This document shows, piece after piece, positions 29,104 through 39,169 of a DNA stretch of 64,000 nucleotides. Below the pieces are notes generated by a model that saw only the letters and a program-made list of their open reading frames with translations, did not search any database and had not been told where the DNA came from. The translations under genes and the position numbers were made by a program. This DNA comes from an uncultured virus (IMG/VR IMGVR_UViG_3300023184_009405) (taxonomy: Duplodnaviria > Heunggongvirae > Uroviricota > Caudoviricetes): the IMG/VR virus record IMGVR_UViG_3300023184_009405; one strand, written 5' to 3'. Numbering within the stretch: position 1 is the stretch's first letter; each line of letters begins with the position of its first letter.

Positions 29104-29481
29104 ATGATTAATTCTTTTGCCGAAGTTGAAGATTTTGATGAAGAAGGCATTGACGATAGTATTGTAAACTATTTTTATAATGCGATTAGATCGTACTTTA
29201 AAGATAAAGTTGATCAAAATCAAGTTCCTTTTTTAAATAAATTTAATCACTTTCCATCTGATGAAGATATTAATTTTATTAAAGAAACTAACTTGTCAAT
29301 AGTATTAGATTATTGCTACCCTTTGCTTAGTAAATTCATTAAAGAAGATGAAAACTTAGGTAGTGTTACATCTGATGTTAAAATTGTACTAGATATATTA
29401 AATGACATGTCAAGAAAGAATGTACCAAAAGAAATTTCAGCAGGAATGCTATATTATTTGATAAAACATTGTTATAATTAA
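29104..29481 (+). CDS. Hypothetical protein
   Basis: 125-aa ORF, AAGGA RBS. Confidence 0.7.
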   Translation: MINSFAEVEDFDEEGIDDSIVNYFYNAIRSYFKDKVDQNQVPFLNKFNHFPSDEDINFIKETNLSIVLDYCYPLLSKFIKEDENLGSVTSDVKIVLDILNDMSRKNVPKEISAGMLYYLIKHCYN

Positions 29482-29489
29482 GGTATTTT

Positions 29490-29795
29490 ATGCATGAAAA
29501 AGAAATGATTTTTCTGTGGGGTAATTTCGAAGAAGATAAATTACCCCCAGAAAAACAGTTTTTAAAAAAATACTTTAAAACAAAACCTCAAAGAATATTT
29601 TTGAATTATTATAATATTTTTCAAGAAAAATCAAATTTTATAGATCATACTGGTATTTTTATTTCAAAAACATTGATTTATGATCTTGAATCTAAATATA
29701 ATAAATTATTAGAAGTTCACAGTGAAGCAAAATTAAACTTCGATTTTGATAAAATATCTAAAATTGAATCAGGAAAATATAAGTTTGAAAAATAA
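29490..29795 (+). CDS. Hypothetical protein
   Basis: 101-aa ORF. Confidence 0.65.
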   Translation: MHEKEMIFLWGNFEEDKLPPEKQFLKKYFKTKPQRIFLNYYNIFQEKSNFIDHTGIFISKTLIYDLESKYNKLLEVHSEAKLNFDFDKISKIESGKYKFEK

Positions 29796-30195
29796 GCAAA
29801 TAATTACACAGAAATTAATAAGCAATCTTAATATAAAATTTTACAAAGGCAAGACGGTTATTTATATTTATTGTGTTAATAAATTGCATGAAAGTAATAA
29901 TTTCACAAAAATTAATTGTCAAAATTTAACACCAATTACTTCTCATGTTTATGAGATTTCAAATAATACTATTAATTTATTGAATCATGATTTTGAGCTT
30001 GTTGGAAATATTGATTTTGTAATGAAATATAAATTTAAAAATTGTTCCATGTCATATCAAGCAATGCCAGTGCCAAATAATTTAATTTATTCCCATTTAA
30101 ATTTAAAATCAAAGAATAAATATAATATGTTTAAGAGAAAGTATAATAAAAAAGGAATTTATAAAATAGAATTTTTTCAATTAATAAATATCTAA
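29746..30195 (+). CDS. Hypothetical protein (start uncertain)
   Basis: 149-aa ORF. Confidence 0.5.
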   Translation: MIKYLKLNQENISLKNKQIITQKLISNLNIKFYKGKTVIYIYCVNKLHESNNFTKINCQNLTPITSHVYEISNNTINLLNHDFELVGNIDFVMKYKFKNCSMSYQAMPVPNNLIYSHLNLKSKNKYNMFKRKYNKKGIYKIEFFQLINI

Positions 30196-30198
30196 ACT

Positions 30199-30948
30199 AT
30201 GTCAAATTGTAATTCAAACGGTTGTAATTTTAATTATTATAATGGCAGTAGCAATTGCTATGATCCATGTAGTGGTTTAACTACTTGTTATGATTTTATC
30301 ATAAAAAGACACGATGCCATACCAGAATTTAAATTAGAAATAACTGATTGTGATGAGCCTATTGATTTGACTAATTTAATTGCAGAAGCAAATATGTGGA
30401 GTTGTGCAAAATTAAAATCTAACATAACAGATGATCAAACTATAATACAGTTCGCAGATAATATAGGATTTGATCAAATAATTCAAAATACAATTATTCA
30501 AGCTGGTCTTGGTAGAAATTTTGAAAGAATGAATGTAATAGGATTTGATGAAGAAAAAAAAGAAATTTATGTTGAGCGAGGATATAAAAACACTACTCCT
30601 TTTCCTTGGGAAAAAGGAGCAAGTTTAAGGTTGTTAAGATTTTTAAATAACCCAGCTATTACCGAGATGACTTTTGAAGATATTGCTAATGTAGATGGAA
30701 CTATATCCAAGAACCAACTAGCACATAGTTATTTGGTTTATCGCTGGAATCCAGAAGATACTTGCTTAGCTGGTTCTTTTTTCTTTGAATTTAAATTATT
30801 AAAGATGCTTGATTTAGGCACATCTCAGCCTCCTATTCCAAGCTATTCTCCTTGTGACTGGGGACATGGTGTTCAGTGGACAAGAAGGTTTCCAATTGAT
30901 AAAGATGGTTTTGTAATTCAAGTTTATAATTCTCCAACTGGTGAATAA
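30199..30948 (+). CDS. Probable virion structural protein (baseplate BppU-like)
   Basis: FIIKRHD..P.F......PIDLT, V.RG..NT, Y.W...DT..AG.F..EF, FP; TAAATA immediately upstream. Confidence 0.55.
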   Translation: MSNCNSNGCNFNYYNGSSNCYDPCSGLTTCYDFIIKRHDAIPEFKLEITDCDEPIDLTNLIAEANMWSCAKLKSNITDDQTIIQFADNIGFDQIIQNTIIQAGLGRNFERMNVIGFDEEKKEIYVERGYKNTTPFPWEKGASLRLLRFLNNPAITEMTFEDIANVDGTISKNQLAHSYLVYRWNPEDTCLAGSFFFEFKLLKMLDLGTSQPPIPSYSPCDWGHGVQWTRRFPIDKDGFVIQVYNSPTGE

Positions 30949-30955
30949 CTAATTT

Positions 30956-31483
30956 ATGTTTAATAAAAATTTCAAGCATCGTACCAACTATAATATTAAA
31001 TCTTCATCGGTAAGGGTATTTAAAGAGCAACAATCTTTAGGAATTTTGCCTATTGATCAAGCCATAAAAATAGCTTTTGATGAAAATTTAACGCTTGTAG
31101 AATTAGTTCCAAATGCTAAGCCTCCTGTTTGTCATATTATGGATTATGGCAAATATTTATATGAAGAGAAAATTAAAGAAAAAGAAAAAGCAAGGAAACA
31201 AAGAGAGTCTGTTACTTTGATTAAGGACATTAGGCTATCTCCTGTGATTAGTGAGCATGATATAGAAACAAAATTAAATAATGCTATTGTATTTTTAGAA
31301 GATCATAAAAAAGTTCAATTTAATATGCAGTTTAAAAGTAGGCAAATTTACACGGGTAAAGAAGATGGCCTGAAAATTATGCAACGGATTATTGATGGGT
31401 GTGGCATTCGTGGTAATGTTGAGTATGGTCCAAAGTTCGAAGGAAATAAATTAATTTGTAGAATCACACCAAAACAGCTATAA
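30956..31483 (+). CDS. infC: Translation initiation factor IF-3
   Basis: N..I....VR, LVELVPNAKPPVCHIMDYGKYLYE, I.EHD..TK; ATG start. Confidence 0.93.
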   Translation: MFNKNFKHRTNYNIKSSSVRVFKEQQSLGILPIDQAIKIAFDENLTLVELVPNAKPPVCHIMDYGKYLYEEKIKEKEKARKQRESVTLIKDIRLSPVISEHDIETKLNNAIVFLEDHKKVQFNMQFKSRQIYTGKEDGLKIMQRIIDGCGIRGNVEYGPKFEGNKLICRITPKQL

Positions 31484-31518
31484 TTAATTAGTTTAATTTA
31501 TATGCAAAGGAATTTAAA

Positions 31519-31854
31519 ATGTCTAAAGAATGTTGCGGTGGAAATACTAAAGGTTCTTCTGAATTAAAATCTTTAATAGCTGTAAAACCAGCTGGTAATC
31601 AAGTTTTATTAGAACTTTTAACTGCTCAAGAAGTTTTTGGAACCAAGATTATTGTTAAGGAATCAAAAACTTATAAAGAATTTCAAGCTATTGTAATAGA
31701 CGAAGGCCCATTAGCTAAATGCGATCAATATGGATTTAAAATCGGTGATCGTGTAATCTTGTCTGGCAATGGTGTCCCAGTGCCTAATCTTGATAATACT
31801 GGGCGTGATAGGGTTTTAATGGAACCAAATTGCGTAAAAGCAGTATTGGTTTAA
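31519..31854 (+). CDS. groES: GroES-like co-chaperonin
   Basis: VKPAGNQVLLE, VI..GP, FKIGDRVI, I/V.AV C-terminus. Confidence 0.75.
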   Translation: MSKECCGGNTKGSSELKSLIAVKPAGNQVLLELLTAQEVFGTKIIVKESKTYKEFQAIVIDEGPLAKCDQYGFKIGDRVILSGNGVPVPNLDNTGRDRVLMEPNCVKAVLV

Positions 31855-31858
31855 TAAA

Positions 31859-32809
31859 ATTAATGATTATTATTCGATCCTTGGTTTAGATAGTAATTCC
31901 AATAAGGATGATATTGTTTCTGCTTATAGAAATTTAGTAAAACAATATCATCCTGACAGGAACATTGGCGATAAAGAAGCTGAAGGAAAATTTAAAAAAG
32001 TACAAGAAGCTTATGATTCATTAATAGACCAGCTTAAAAACCAAGAAGATTCTATAGAAATACAATTTGATATATTCTCAGAAAACAAAACAGAAAAAAT
32101 TTGTGGCAAGGACATTTCATACATATGCGATATATCCTTGCAAGAAGGTTTTTTTGGAATTGTAAGAGAAATAATTTTTAATAAACCGAAGTTGTGTGAT
32201 GGTTGTAATGGTGTAGGATTTAAAAATATTGACAGTTGTATTCACTGTAATGGCTCAGGAAAAATTAAAAAAATAATTCAGCAGCCATTTAACTTTGAAT
32301 TATTATGTCATTTCTGCCAAGGTAGTGGTAAAGCATATAAAGATATTTGTTCAATTTGCAAGAGTAGAAGATTTTTTGGTCAAGAAATAGTAAAATTAAA
32401 TTTAAAAATTCCTGCTGGTATTAATGAAGATCAAAATTTATTAATTGAAGGGCATGGAGAACCATCTTCAGATGGCAAGAATGGAAATCTTGTAGTTTCA
32501 ATTAGATTTAAAAAAGATGAATTATTCACTAAAAATAATTTAGACTTGCATTTGGATTTATTTATTCCTTATTCAACATTAGTGTTAGGAGGCAAAATAA
32601 TAATTCCAACTATTGAAAACGAAACAATCGAGATTGAAATCCCAGAAGGAACACAGGTTGGTACTAGTCTTAAAATTAAAAATAAAGGTTATTTTAATTT
32701 AAATAATAAAAAACACAGAGGCGATATTATTGTAAAAATTAAAGTTAATGTTCCAAGAGAAAACATTAATTATGAATTATTTAAATATCTTAAACAAGGC
32801 GGATATTAG
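31859..32809 (+). CDS. dnaJ: DnaJ chaperone (J domain, Zn finger, C-terminal domain) with no ATG/GTG/TTG start; ATT start proposed
   Basis: In-frame sequence upstream of the track ORF (32138) reads I-N-DYYSILGL...YHPDRN...EGKFKKVQEAY; CxxCxGxG repeats follow; in-frame TAA at 31835. Confidence 0.85.
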   Translation: MNDYYSILGLDSNSNKDDIVSAYRNLVKQYHPDRNIGDKEAEGKFKKVQEAYDSLIDQLKNQEDSIEIQFDIFSENKTEKICGKDISYICDISLQEGFFGIVREIIFNKPKLCDGCNGVGFKNIDSCIHCNGSGKIKKIIQQPFNFELLCHFCQGSGKAYKDICSICKSRRFFGQEIVKLNLKIPAGINEDQNLLIEGHGEPSSDGKNGNLVVSIRFKKDELFTKNNLDLHLDLFIPYSTLVLGGKIIIPTIENETIEIEIPEGTQVGTSLKIKNKGYFNLNNKKHRGDIIVKIKVNVPRENINYELFKYLKQGGY

Positions 32810-33260
32810 GATAATTTATTGAATTTTGAATTTTGTGTAATTTTTTATGCCCATTATCACCAATAAAAACAGCTTTGCAAAAATTTATTTTTGATGGCAT
32901 TGAATATAAGCTAGTTGGCAAAGTTTGAAAAGATATCTCTAGTCTTGTTAATTTTGGCACTAAAGGCAAGTCTCCTTGTATTCTTTTATATTCATCGTAA
33001 GTGAAATACAAGGCTGTTCCATCATCTAAAATTACAGTAATTGGATCTTTGTTAAAAATAAACTCTTTTACAATTCCTGATTTTTTTAATTCTGGAGTTA
33101 TTGTGCCTTCTGGAGGCAAGGCAATATCAATGTCTGGCAAGTTTAACGGATGTCCTGTTAGGCCCATAGTATCAGATGCTTGTGAGCCAGTCCATGTTGT
33201 TGGCAACATAGATCCTGCACCAATACTTTCATGGAAATATTTTTTAAAATTTAAAATCAT
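32790..33260 (-). CDS. Hypothetical protein with FKKYFHE motif
   Basis: 156-aa ORF. Confidence 0.7.
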   Translation of the reverse strand: MILNFKKYFHESIGAGSMLPTTWTGSQASDTMGLTGHPLNLPDIDIALPPEGTITPELKKSGIVKEFIFNKDPITVILDDGTALYFTYDEYKRIQGDLPLVPKLTRLEISFQTLPTSLYSMPSKINFCKAVFIGDNGHKKLHKIQNSINYPNIRLV

Positions 33261-33323
33261 AAATTATTTATTATTTTAAAAGAAAAAACATAGATATATT
33301 ATATCAAACAAAGGAAAAAAAAT

Positions 33324-34019
33324 ATGGATACTCCAAGATTCAATAGCTGGGAAGGTCAAAAAGATGAATTTCAAGATTATGTTAATAAGTGGGAAGATGC
33401 TTTGAAAAAGGGAATTTTTGAAACTCCAAGAAATCCTAATGGTGATAAAGAAGATTCATTTTTTGATATGATTAAAAAAGAACCAAAGGCAGAATTTAAT
33501 TCTAATGATGTAGATTATTGGAATAAAATTCAAGATATGGATGTTAATGATGCAAATGTAGAAATTATCAACGAAGAAAATAAATCTTATAAAGATAAAA
33601 AAAATAAAAAGTCAAAATTTAAAAACCCAGCAGTTTCAGATAAAAATTCAGCAGCTAATTTTAAAACTGTAGACAATTCTTTGGCAAATGATAAAAGTAA
33701 AAACAATATTAAAAAGAAAGCTAGTAAATTAGGAAACAACCCAAATCCTATACATCATGATTCTTACGGCAATGATACTAGAGATGAATCTGGCAAAACT
33801 AGAATTACTGCTGGTTTCTCTGCTGATGATAGGCTTCCAGCATTGCAGGACTTATACAAGTCTTTGTATCAACTAGAAGTAAAGATGAGCAATAAAGAAG
33901 GTTTAAACAAAAAGCTTTCTGAGAAGATGCAAGCTAAAATAAACAAAGTAAAAGATTCAATTTCTGAAATTAGTGATTCTATGGGCGGTGATTTTAAATC
34001 TGCTACTGACTATAATTAG
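33324..34019 (+). CDS. Hypothetical protein (coiled-coil C-terminus)
   Basis: 231-aa ORF, AAGGA RBS. Confidence 0.7.
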   Translation: MDTPRFNSWEGQKDEFQDYVNKWEDALKKGIFETPRNPNGDKEDSFFDMIKKEPKAEFNSNDVDYWNKIQDMDVNDANVEIINEENKSYKDKKNKKSKFKNPAVSDKNSAANFKTVDNSLANDKSKNNIKKKASKLGNNPNPIHHDSYGNDTRDESGKTRITAGFSADDRLPALQDLYKSLYQLEVKMSNKEGLNKKLSEKMQAKINKVKDSISEISDSMGGDFKSATDYN

Positions 34020-34021
34020 TC

Positions 34022-34339
34022 ATGAATATTGAAAGATTATATTTTGTTCAGCCTGTAGTCGTTGAATACAGAAATGAAGATAATTTAATAAAGAGAAAAC
34101 TAGTTTATTTTGACATGGCAAGCAAAGCTGTAATTAATCCTTTTATTGATAATAACAATTTTGAATTGATCAATGAATTAGTTGATTTGATGGAAATTTC
34201 AAAAAAAATAAATGAAGTTATAAGTAAAGTACCTGAAATAAAAGAAGATAATAATTTTATTTTCGAAAAACAAACTATTTTAGATGGTATAGTTAAAAAC
34301 ATTCAGGAAAGTCCCATAGATGAACTCAGAAAAACTTAA
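34022..34339 (+). CDS. Hypothetical protein
   Basis: 105-aa ORF in operon. Confidence 0.65.
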   Translation: MNIERLYFVQPVVVEYRNEDNLIKRKLVYFDMASKAVINPFIDNNNFELINELVDLMEISKKINEVISKVPEIKEDNNFIFEKQTILDGIVKNIQESPIDELRKT

Positions 34340-34799
34340 TTTTAATATTGGAAACTTTTCAGATAAATATTTATCTGAAAGAGAAAAATCTTTAAGGTCT
34401 AAATCACGAATAAAAATATTTACACTTGAAGAAGTCCAGTCATTTGTAACAAATCAAAATGTTACCGATGAAATCAAAAAAGATTTATTGATTTTACTTA
34501 ATAAATATCCACACGCTGCGTACAATAATTTTATTGAAAATATTAATAAAAATATTCAAGTTATTATGGAAAAAAGAAGTGAATATATTAGACAAAATAA
34601 TCCAAATTACAAAGAATCTTTAAATAAAAAAAACAATAATAAAATAAAAAAAATATCATTTGAAGATATTGATGAAGAAGCTTTAAAAGAAGAAGTTTTA
34701 AACGAAGAATCATTAAAAGAAGAAGTCTTAAATGAAGAAAAAATATTAGAAGATTCTAGTAAAAGCATTTTAGATGAGTTGAAAGAAGAATTTAACTAG
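34320..34799 (+). CDS. Hypothetical protein with EE(A/S)LKEEVLN tandem repeat
   Basis: 159-aa ORF with a 30-bp repeat near 34673-34738. Confidence 0.65.
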   Translation: MNSEKLNFNIGNFSDKYLSEREKSLRSKSRIKIFTLEEVQSFVTNQNVTDEIKKDLLILLNKYPHAAYNNFIENINKNIQVIMEKRSEYIRQNNPNYKESLNKKNNNKIKKISFEDIDEEALKEEVLNEESLKEEVLNEEKILEDSSKSILDELKEEFN

Positions 34800-34813
34800 G
34801 CATATAATTAAAT

Positions 34814-35050
34814 ATGAAAAATAGAACAGTTTTTGTTGCTGTAACTGTTGCCAATGAATTTAATGGCACTGTTACTTTAGTAAAAGTAGAAAAGATATTT
34901 TCTTCTGCAAAAGATGCTCAAGATTATATGACAAAAGAAAAGAAAAATTGGCGAGAAAATATAACTATAAATAATTCCTCTATAGATTGTATTTGCGAAA
35001 GAGGAATACAAGAAACAATTTTTGAAGACAAGGAAAGCAAAGATGAGTAA
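34814..35050 (+). CDS. Hypothetical protein
   Basis: 78-aa ORF. Confidence 0.6.
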   Translation: MKNRTVFVAVTVANEFNGTVTLVKVEKIFSSAKDAQDYMTKEKKNWRENITINNSSIDCICERGIQETIFEDKESKDE

Positions 35051-35777
35051 TGAAATTCCACATAATCCACTTGAAGGTCAAAAGCCTGATCTTGTAGTTA
35101 ATGTGCATGATAATTCCGATGAACAAATATCAATTATTGTTGTTCATCGTGAAAGACCTGAGTATTTGAATATTTGTTTGCAATCTATAGCTGTAAATTC
35201 AAATAATAATAATTATGAATTAATAGTCGTAGATAATGGTTCTGGTGCAGAAACACAAGATTTTTTAAACCAACTTGAAAAAGATTGTAAAGTCATTAGA
35301 AATGAACAAAATTTATATTTTAGTAAAGCAGCAAATATTGGTGCTCAACATGCTAATCCCAATAGCAAATATTTTGTATTTTTACATTCTGATATAGTAA
35401 TTTTAAATCCTGCATGGCTTGATCTTCTTATAAATGTTTCAGAAGCATCTTCATCTGGACTTGTAGGCATTGATACATCTTCTTATTACATGGGTGGTCA
35501 AAAAATTGATTTCATTCAAGAATATTGTTTATTAATGACTAGAGACTGCTTCAGTGGAATAAATGGATTCATGGAAGAGCTTCCACAGATCGGGAATGCC
35601 TTTATTATGACTTTAAAGGCACAAACATTAGGCTATAAGCCACAAGTAATGAAAAATAATATTTTGCATCATTATAGAATATTTAGCTTAGATGTAAATG
35701 AATTTGAAAGAATGACTGAAAAGGCTATGAATTCTTTACCGAAAATTGTTCAGCAAATTCAAACAAAGACTGTTTAG
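35043..35777 (+). CDS. GT2 family glycosyltransferase
   Basis: ISIIVV...YL..CL.SI, ELIVVDNGS, N..FSKAAN.G, FLHSD. Confidence 0.85.
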   Translation: MSNEIPHNPLEGQKPDLVVNVHDNSDEQISIIVVHRERPEYLNICLQSIAVNSNNNNYELIVVDNGSGAETQDFLNQLEKDCKVIRNEQNLYFSKAANIGAQHANPNSKYFVFLHSDIVILNPAWLDLLINVSEASSSGLVGIDTSSYYMGGQKIDFIQEYCLLMTRDCFSGINGFMEELPQIGNAFIMTLKAQTLGYKPQVMKNNILHHYRIFSLDVNEFERMTEKAMNSLPKIVQQIQTKTV

Positions 35778-37222
35778 GCTTGTTGTTTGCCTGTTATTGC
35801 TCCTCGTATATCTTCTTGCTTTAATGCAATTTCTGGCCTGTAATATGATTCTAATATAGCTGGTGTACTATATACAAATATGTTGAAATATGGGTCATTA
35901 AGCCAGTTTCCAGAACTAAATAGTTTTATATTGTCTTTGAAAACATTTATATTAGCATTAATTATTTTATCTTTATATTTATTGTAAATAATTAATTCAC
36001 TTAAATTTACTCTATTATAAAATTCAATAGCATCAATTTTCGAACAAATCAGATTGTAAGGCAGAAGTATAGCTAATTTACTTTCTAAGCTTGTAGTTTT
36101 TTTACTATCATAAATCTTTCTTGTTATCGAACATGAAAATAACCATAATTTATTTTTTCTTAAATCTAATTGATTAGTGCAATTTAATGTTGTTGTTATA
36201 TTCCAGTTTTCTTTACTTCCTTCTAATAAACTTAATCCATCAAATTTAATTGAATTAAAATAATGTTGATTATTATTATCATAATAAAGAGTGATTATGT
36301 CACTGCCAGACAAATTATTCCTATATAAAAATTTATCCAATAATGAATTTCTTTTAAATATACTATTTGAAAAATAAATAACATTTTTCAATGTTGGGCA
36401 ACTGCATGCAGTTGCCAAGACATTGTTATTTGCTATTGGATTAAATATATTTAATTGTTTATAATTGTTAAAATTAGTTACTTCAAGGCTTCCTATTGCT
36501 AAGAATTCTATAGTTCCTAGATCATTATTTTGACTGCTAGAGCCAATTTTTATCTTAACACTACCAGATCCCTTATAGCTTTTTGTTGGAAGTAAATTAG
36601 TCCCAGATGTGATTGCAAAACCAGTGAATTTTATTTTGTTTTTTCTTTTTAATTTAACTTTATAAGAATAAACAGTTGCTTGAATAATTTTTCCATGGCC
36701 TTTTATTTTAAATTCACCGCTACCAATAAATTCCTTAGAATAATTTACAGTTAAATCACCTTTTCCAATGAACTCATAAGAATAATTACAATAATCACTG
36801 GCTTCTGGTAATTTACAAAATTCTTTTGTTACATCAATAAATCCATAATTGTTTGGGTCAACTATGCCATCATTAACATCATTTACAAAATCTTTGTTAA
36901 AAATTGCTTTTTCGTATTTGTAAACTTTGTAAACATAGCCTGAGAATTCTTGTTTTTTTAATTGTAAAGGAACTTCTTCTATGCTTCTTGCAAATATATT
37001 ATAAATTTGTGAATATACTATTTGATTATTAAAATCTTTGGCTGGCTTGAATAAATACGGAAGTCTTCCTCTTCCACTAACTCTATAAACATATAAGGGC
37101 ATTAAGCCTAAATCATATCTGATCTTAAGATTGTTGCTGTATTTTTCGTAGAAATGACATTCTGTAGAAGACGATATCTTTACAGAACCTTTTCCTTTGT
37201 ATTTTTTTACTGTTAGCCACAT
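35774..37222 (-). CDS. Hypothetical late protein, possibly structural (repeated YxGxGxxKI units)
   Basis: 482-aa ORF; TAAATA 4 nt before the ATG. Confidence 0.6.
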   Translation of the reverse strand: MWLTVKKYKGKGSVKISSSTECHFYEKYSNNLKIRYDLGLMPLYVYRVSGRGRLPYLFKPAKDFNNQIVYSQIYNIFARSIEEVPLQLKKQEFSGYVYKVYKYEKAIFNKDFVNDVNDGIVDPNNYGFIDVTKEFCKLPEASDYCNYSYEFIGKGDLTVNYSKEFIGSGEFKIKGHGKIIQATVYSYKVKLKRKNKIKFTGFAITSGTNLLPTKSYKGSGSVKIKIGSSSQNNDLGTIEFLAIGSLEVTNFNNYKQLNIFNPIANNNVLATACSCPTLKNVIYFSNSIFKRNSLLDKFLYRNNLSGSDIITLYYDNNNQHYFNSIKFDGLSLLEGSKENWNITTTLNCTNQLDLRKNKLWLFSCSITRKIYDSKKTTSLESKLAILLPYNLICSKIDAIEFYNRVNLSELIIYNKYKDKIINANINVFKDNIKLFSSGNWLNDPYFNIFVYSTPAILESYYRPEIALKQEDIRGAITGKQQA

Positions 37223-37243
37223 GAATTATTTAGGCTTTAATCA

Positions 37244-37927
37244 TTAAATTTTCTTGATAATAGAACTAATTATAGGATGTCTCACTATTGCATCAGAAGA
37301 AAATTCAATAATTCCTATTCCTTTTATTCCTCTAAGCTTTTCTACTACTTCCATAAGGCCACTTGCTTGCCCTAGATCACTTTGTTTTGGATCTCCTGTA
37401 ATTAAAAGCTTACTGCCCATACCTATTCTTGTTAAAAATAATTTTAACTGAGTTTTAGTTGCATTTTGTGCTTCATCAAGAATAGCTATAGAATTCTTGA
37501 ATGTTCTACCTCTTAGATACGCTATTGGAGCTACTTCAAGACATTTGTTTACATATTCCCTTTGCAAGCCTTCCTTGCCTACTAAATCATCTAAAGTATC
37601 GTAAATAGGAAGCATGTATGGTAAAACTTTTTCGTCAAAAGTACCTGGCAAAAATCCAAGTTTTTCCCCAGCTTCAACTATAGGTCTTGATATTACTATT
37701 TTTCTAGTTTTTTTAGATAACAAAGAAGATAATGCAAATGCGGTTGATAGGAATGTTTTCCCACTCCCTGCTTCTCCTATTAAAAATACTATTTCATTTT
37801 TCATAAAAACTTCGTATGAGTTTTTTTGTTCTAAATTCAAAAATTCTAAATGAAATGTTGAATCTTGCTTATATTGTGCTTTTTGTCTTGGTTCTGATTG
37901 AGATTTATTTTTATTTTTCTTTGTCAT
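37244..37927 (-). CDS. phoH: PhoH-like ATPase
   Basis: GEAGSGKT, RPIVEAGEKLGFLPG, YLRGRTF, DEAQN, GDPKQSDL, VRHP. Confidence 0.95.
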   Translation of the reverse strand: MTKKNKNKSQSEPRQKAQYKQDSTFHLEFLNLEQKNSYEVFMKNEIVFLIGEAGSGKTFLSTAFALSSLLSKKTRKIVISRPIVEAGEKLGFLPGTFDEKVLPYMLPIYDTLDDLVGKEGLQREYVNKCLEVAPIAYLRGRTFKNSIAILDEAQNATKTQLKLFLTRIGMGSKLLITGDPKQSDLGQASGLMEVVEKLRGIKGIGIIEFSSDAIVRHPIISSIIKKI

Positions 37928-37960
37928 ATGAAATATATATTATGCAAAGGAAAATAATAT

Positions 37961-38440
37961 ATGTTAAACTTTTATTTATTATTGGAAAAAATGGAAACAG
38001 AAGAGCATAAAAATATTCATGCTACTTTGAAGAGGTTGCCATTTAAACATCGAGAGTTAATGCGTGGTTTTAAAGTTAAATTAACATCAAATAACACTAT
38101 AAAAAACGATGATCAGCATATAGGATGGATTTACAAGAAGAAAATAACAATTTCTGCACCTTGGAATTATGGCAGAGAAATGGTTTTTCTGCATGAAATA
38201 GCTCACATGGTTTGGGAAAAATTTATGACACCTGAATTGAAAAAAGAGTGGAAGAATTTATTGAAAGATACTAAACCAGAGCAAATTAAAAAAAATGGAA
38301 CTTTGAGAAAAAAAGCATTGAGCCAAAATGACGAAGAAATATTTGCTATGGCATATGCAACTACTTATTCTCAACACATGCCAATGACATATTCTAATAA
38401 AGAATGGCAAAATTTTATTAAAATTAAAGTTCCACATTAA
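37961..38440 (+). CDS. HExxH zincin-like protein
   Basis: FLHEIAH...EEIFA. Confidence 0.65.
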   Translation: MLNFYLLLEKMETEEHKNIHATLKRLPFKHRELMRGFKVKLTSNNTIKNDDQHIGWIYKKKITISAPWNYGREMVFLHEIAHMVWEKFMTPELKKEWKNLLKDTKPEQIKKNGTLRKKALSQNDEEIFAMAYATTYSQHMPMTYSNKEWQNFIKIKVPH

Positions 38441-38478
38441 TAATTTGGTTTTATTATATTTTAAACATAAAATATAAT

Positions 38479-38946
38479 ATGGACAACATTGTAATTTTAA
38501 TTTTGTGTATTTGCTCTATCATCGTTAGCTTTATTTCTTTTATTTCATCAATTATGATTTTTTACTTGATAAATAAAAATTTTAAAAATTTAAATAATAA
38601 AATTGATAGTAATGCTTTAGATTTAAGTGATGCTTTAACAAAAATGATTGAATTAATTGTTAAAGAGTCTGGTGCTTCCTTAGAAATACATCAGAAGCTT
38701 ACTGATTGGCAGCATAGTATGTTTGAGAAGCTCATACAAAATTCTTCTGAGAATTTTAATTTTATGGCCAAACAAGAATATTTTGGTCAAAGTTTACTTA
38801 GTAATTTACTAGATTCATTAGGGTTTAGAAGTAGATTTGAGGAAAATAATATTGAAAAGCCGAAAAGGACTTATGCTGATCCACCATCACCAGTAACATT
38901 AGAAGGCTTGAAAATAAAAGATGGAAAATCAGATGCAAAAAAATGA
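38479..38946 (+). CDS. Single-pass membrane protein
   Basis: Hydrophobic N-terminal helix. Confidence 0.7.
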   Translation: MDNIVILILCICSIIVSFISFISSIMIFYLINKNFKNLNNKIDSNALDLSDALTKMIELIVKESGASLEIHQKLTDWQHSMFEKLIQNSSENFNFMAKQEYFGQSLLSNLLDSLGFRSRFEENNIEKPKRTYADPPSPVTLEGLKIKDGKSDAKK

Positions 38947-39169
38947 AGAAATATTATTGGGATTAGTTAAAAGATATAAGTGTAATCCAGTATTTGTTTT
39001 AAGAAATTTTGATAAATTAAATTCTCTGGGTAATATTTTTGATACTCTTGAGGATTATTCTTCTAAGAATAACTTATCTTGGAATAGCGATTTTGGCATT
39101 TGGGAAGAAGTAGAATTGAAAGAAAGTAAAGTAAGTAATTGTTTTAAAGCTGAAAATAACAATGAGTAA
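38921..39169 (+). CDS. Hypothetical protein
   Basis: 82-aa ORF. Confidence 0.6.
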   Translation: MENQMQKNEEILLGLVKRYKCNPVFVLRNFDKLNSLGNIFDTLEDYSSKNNLSWNSDFGIWEEVELKESKVSNCFKAENNNE

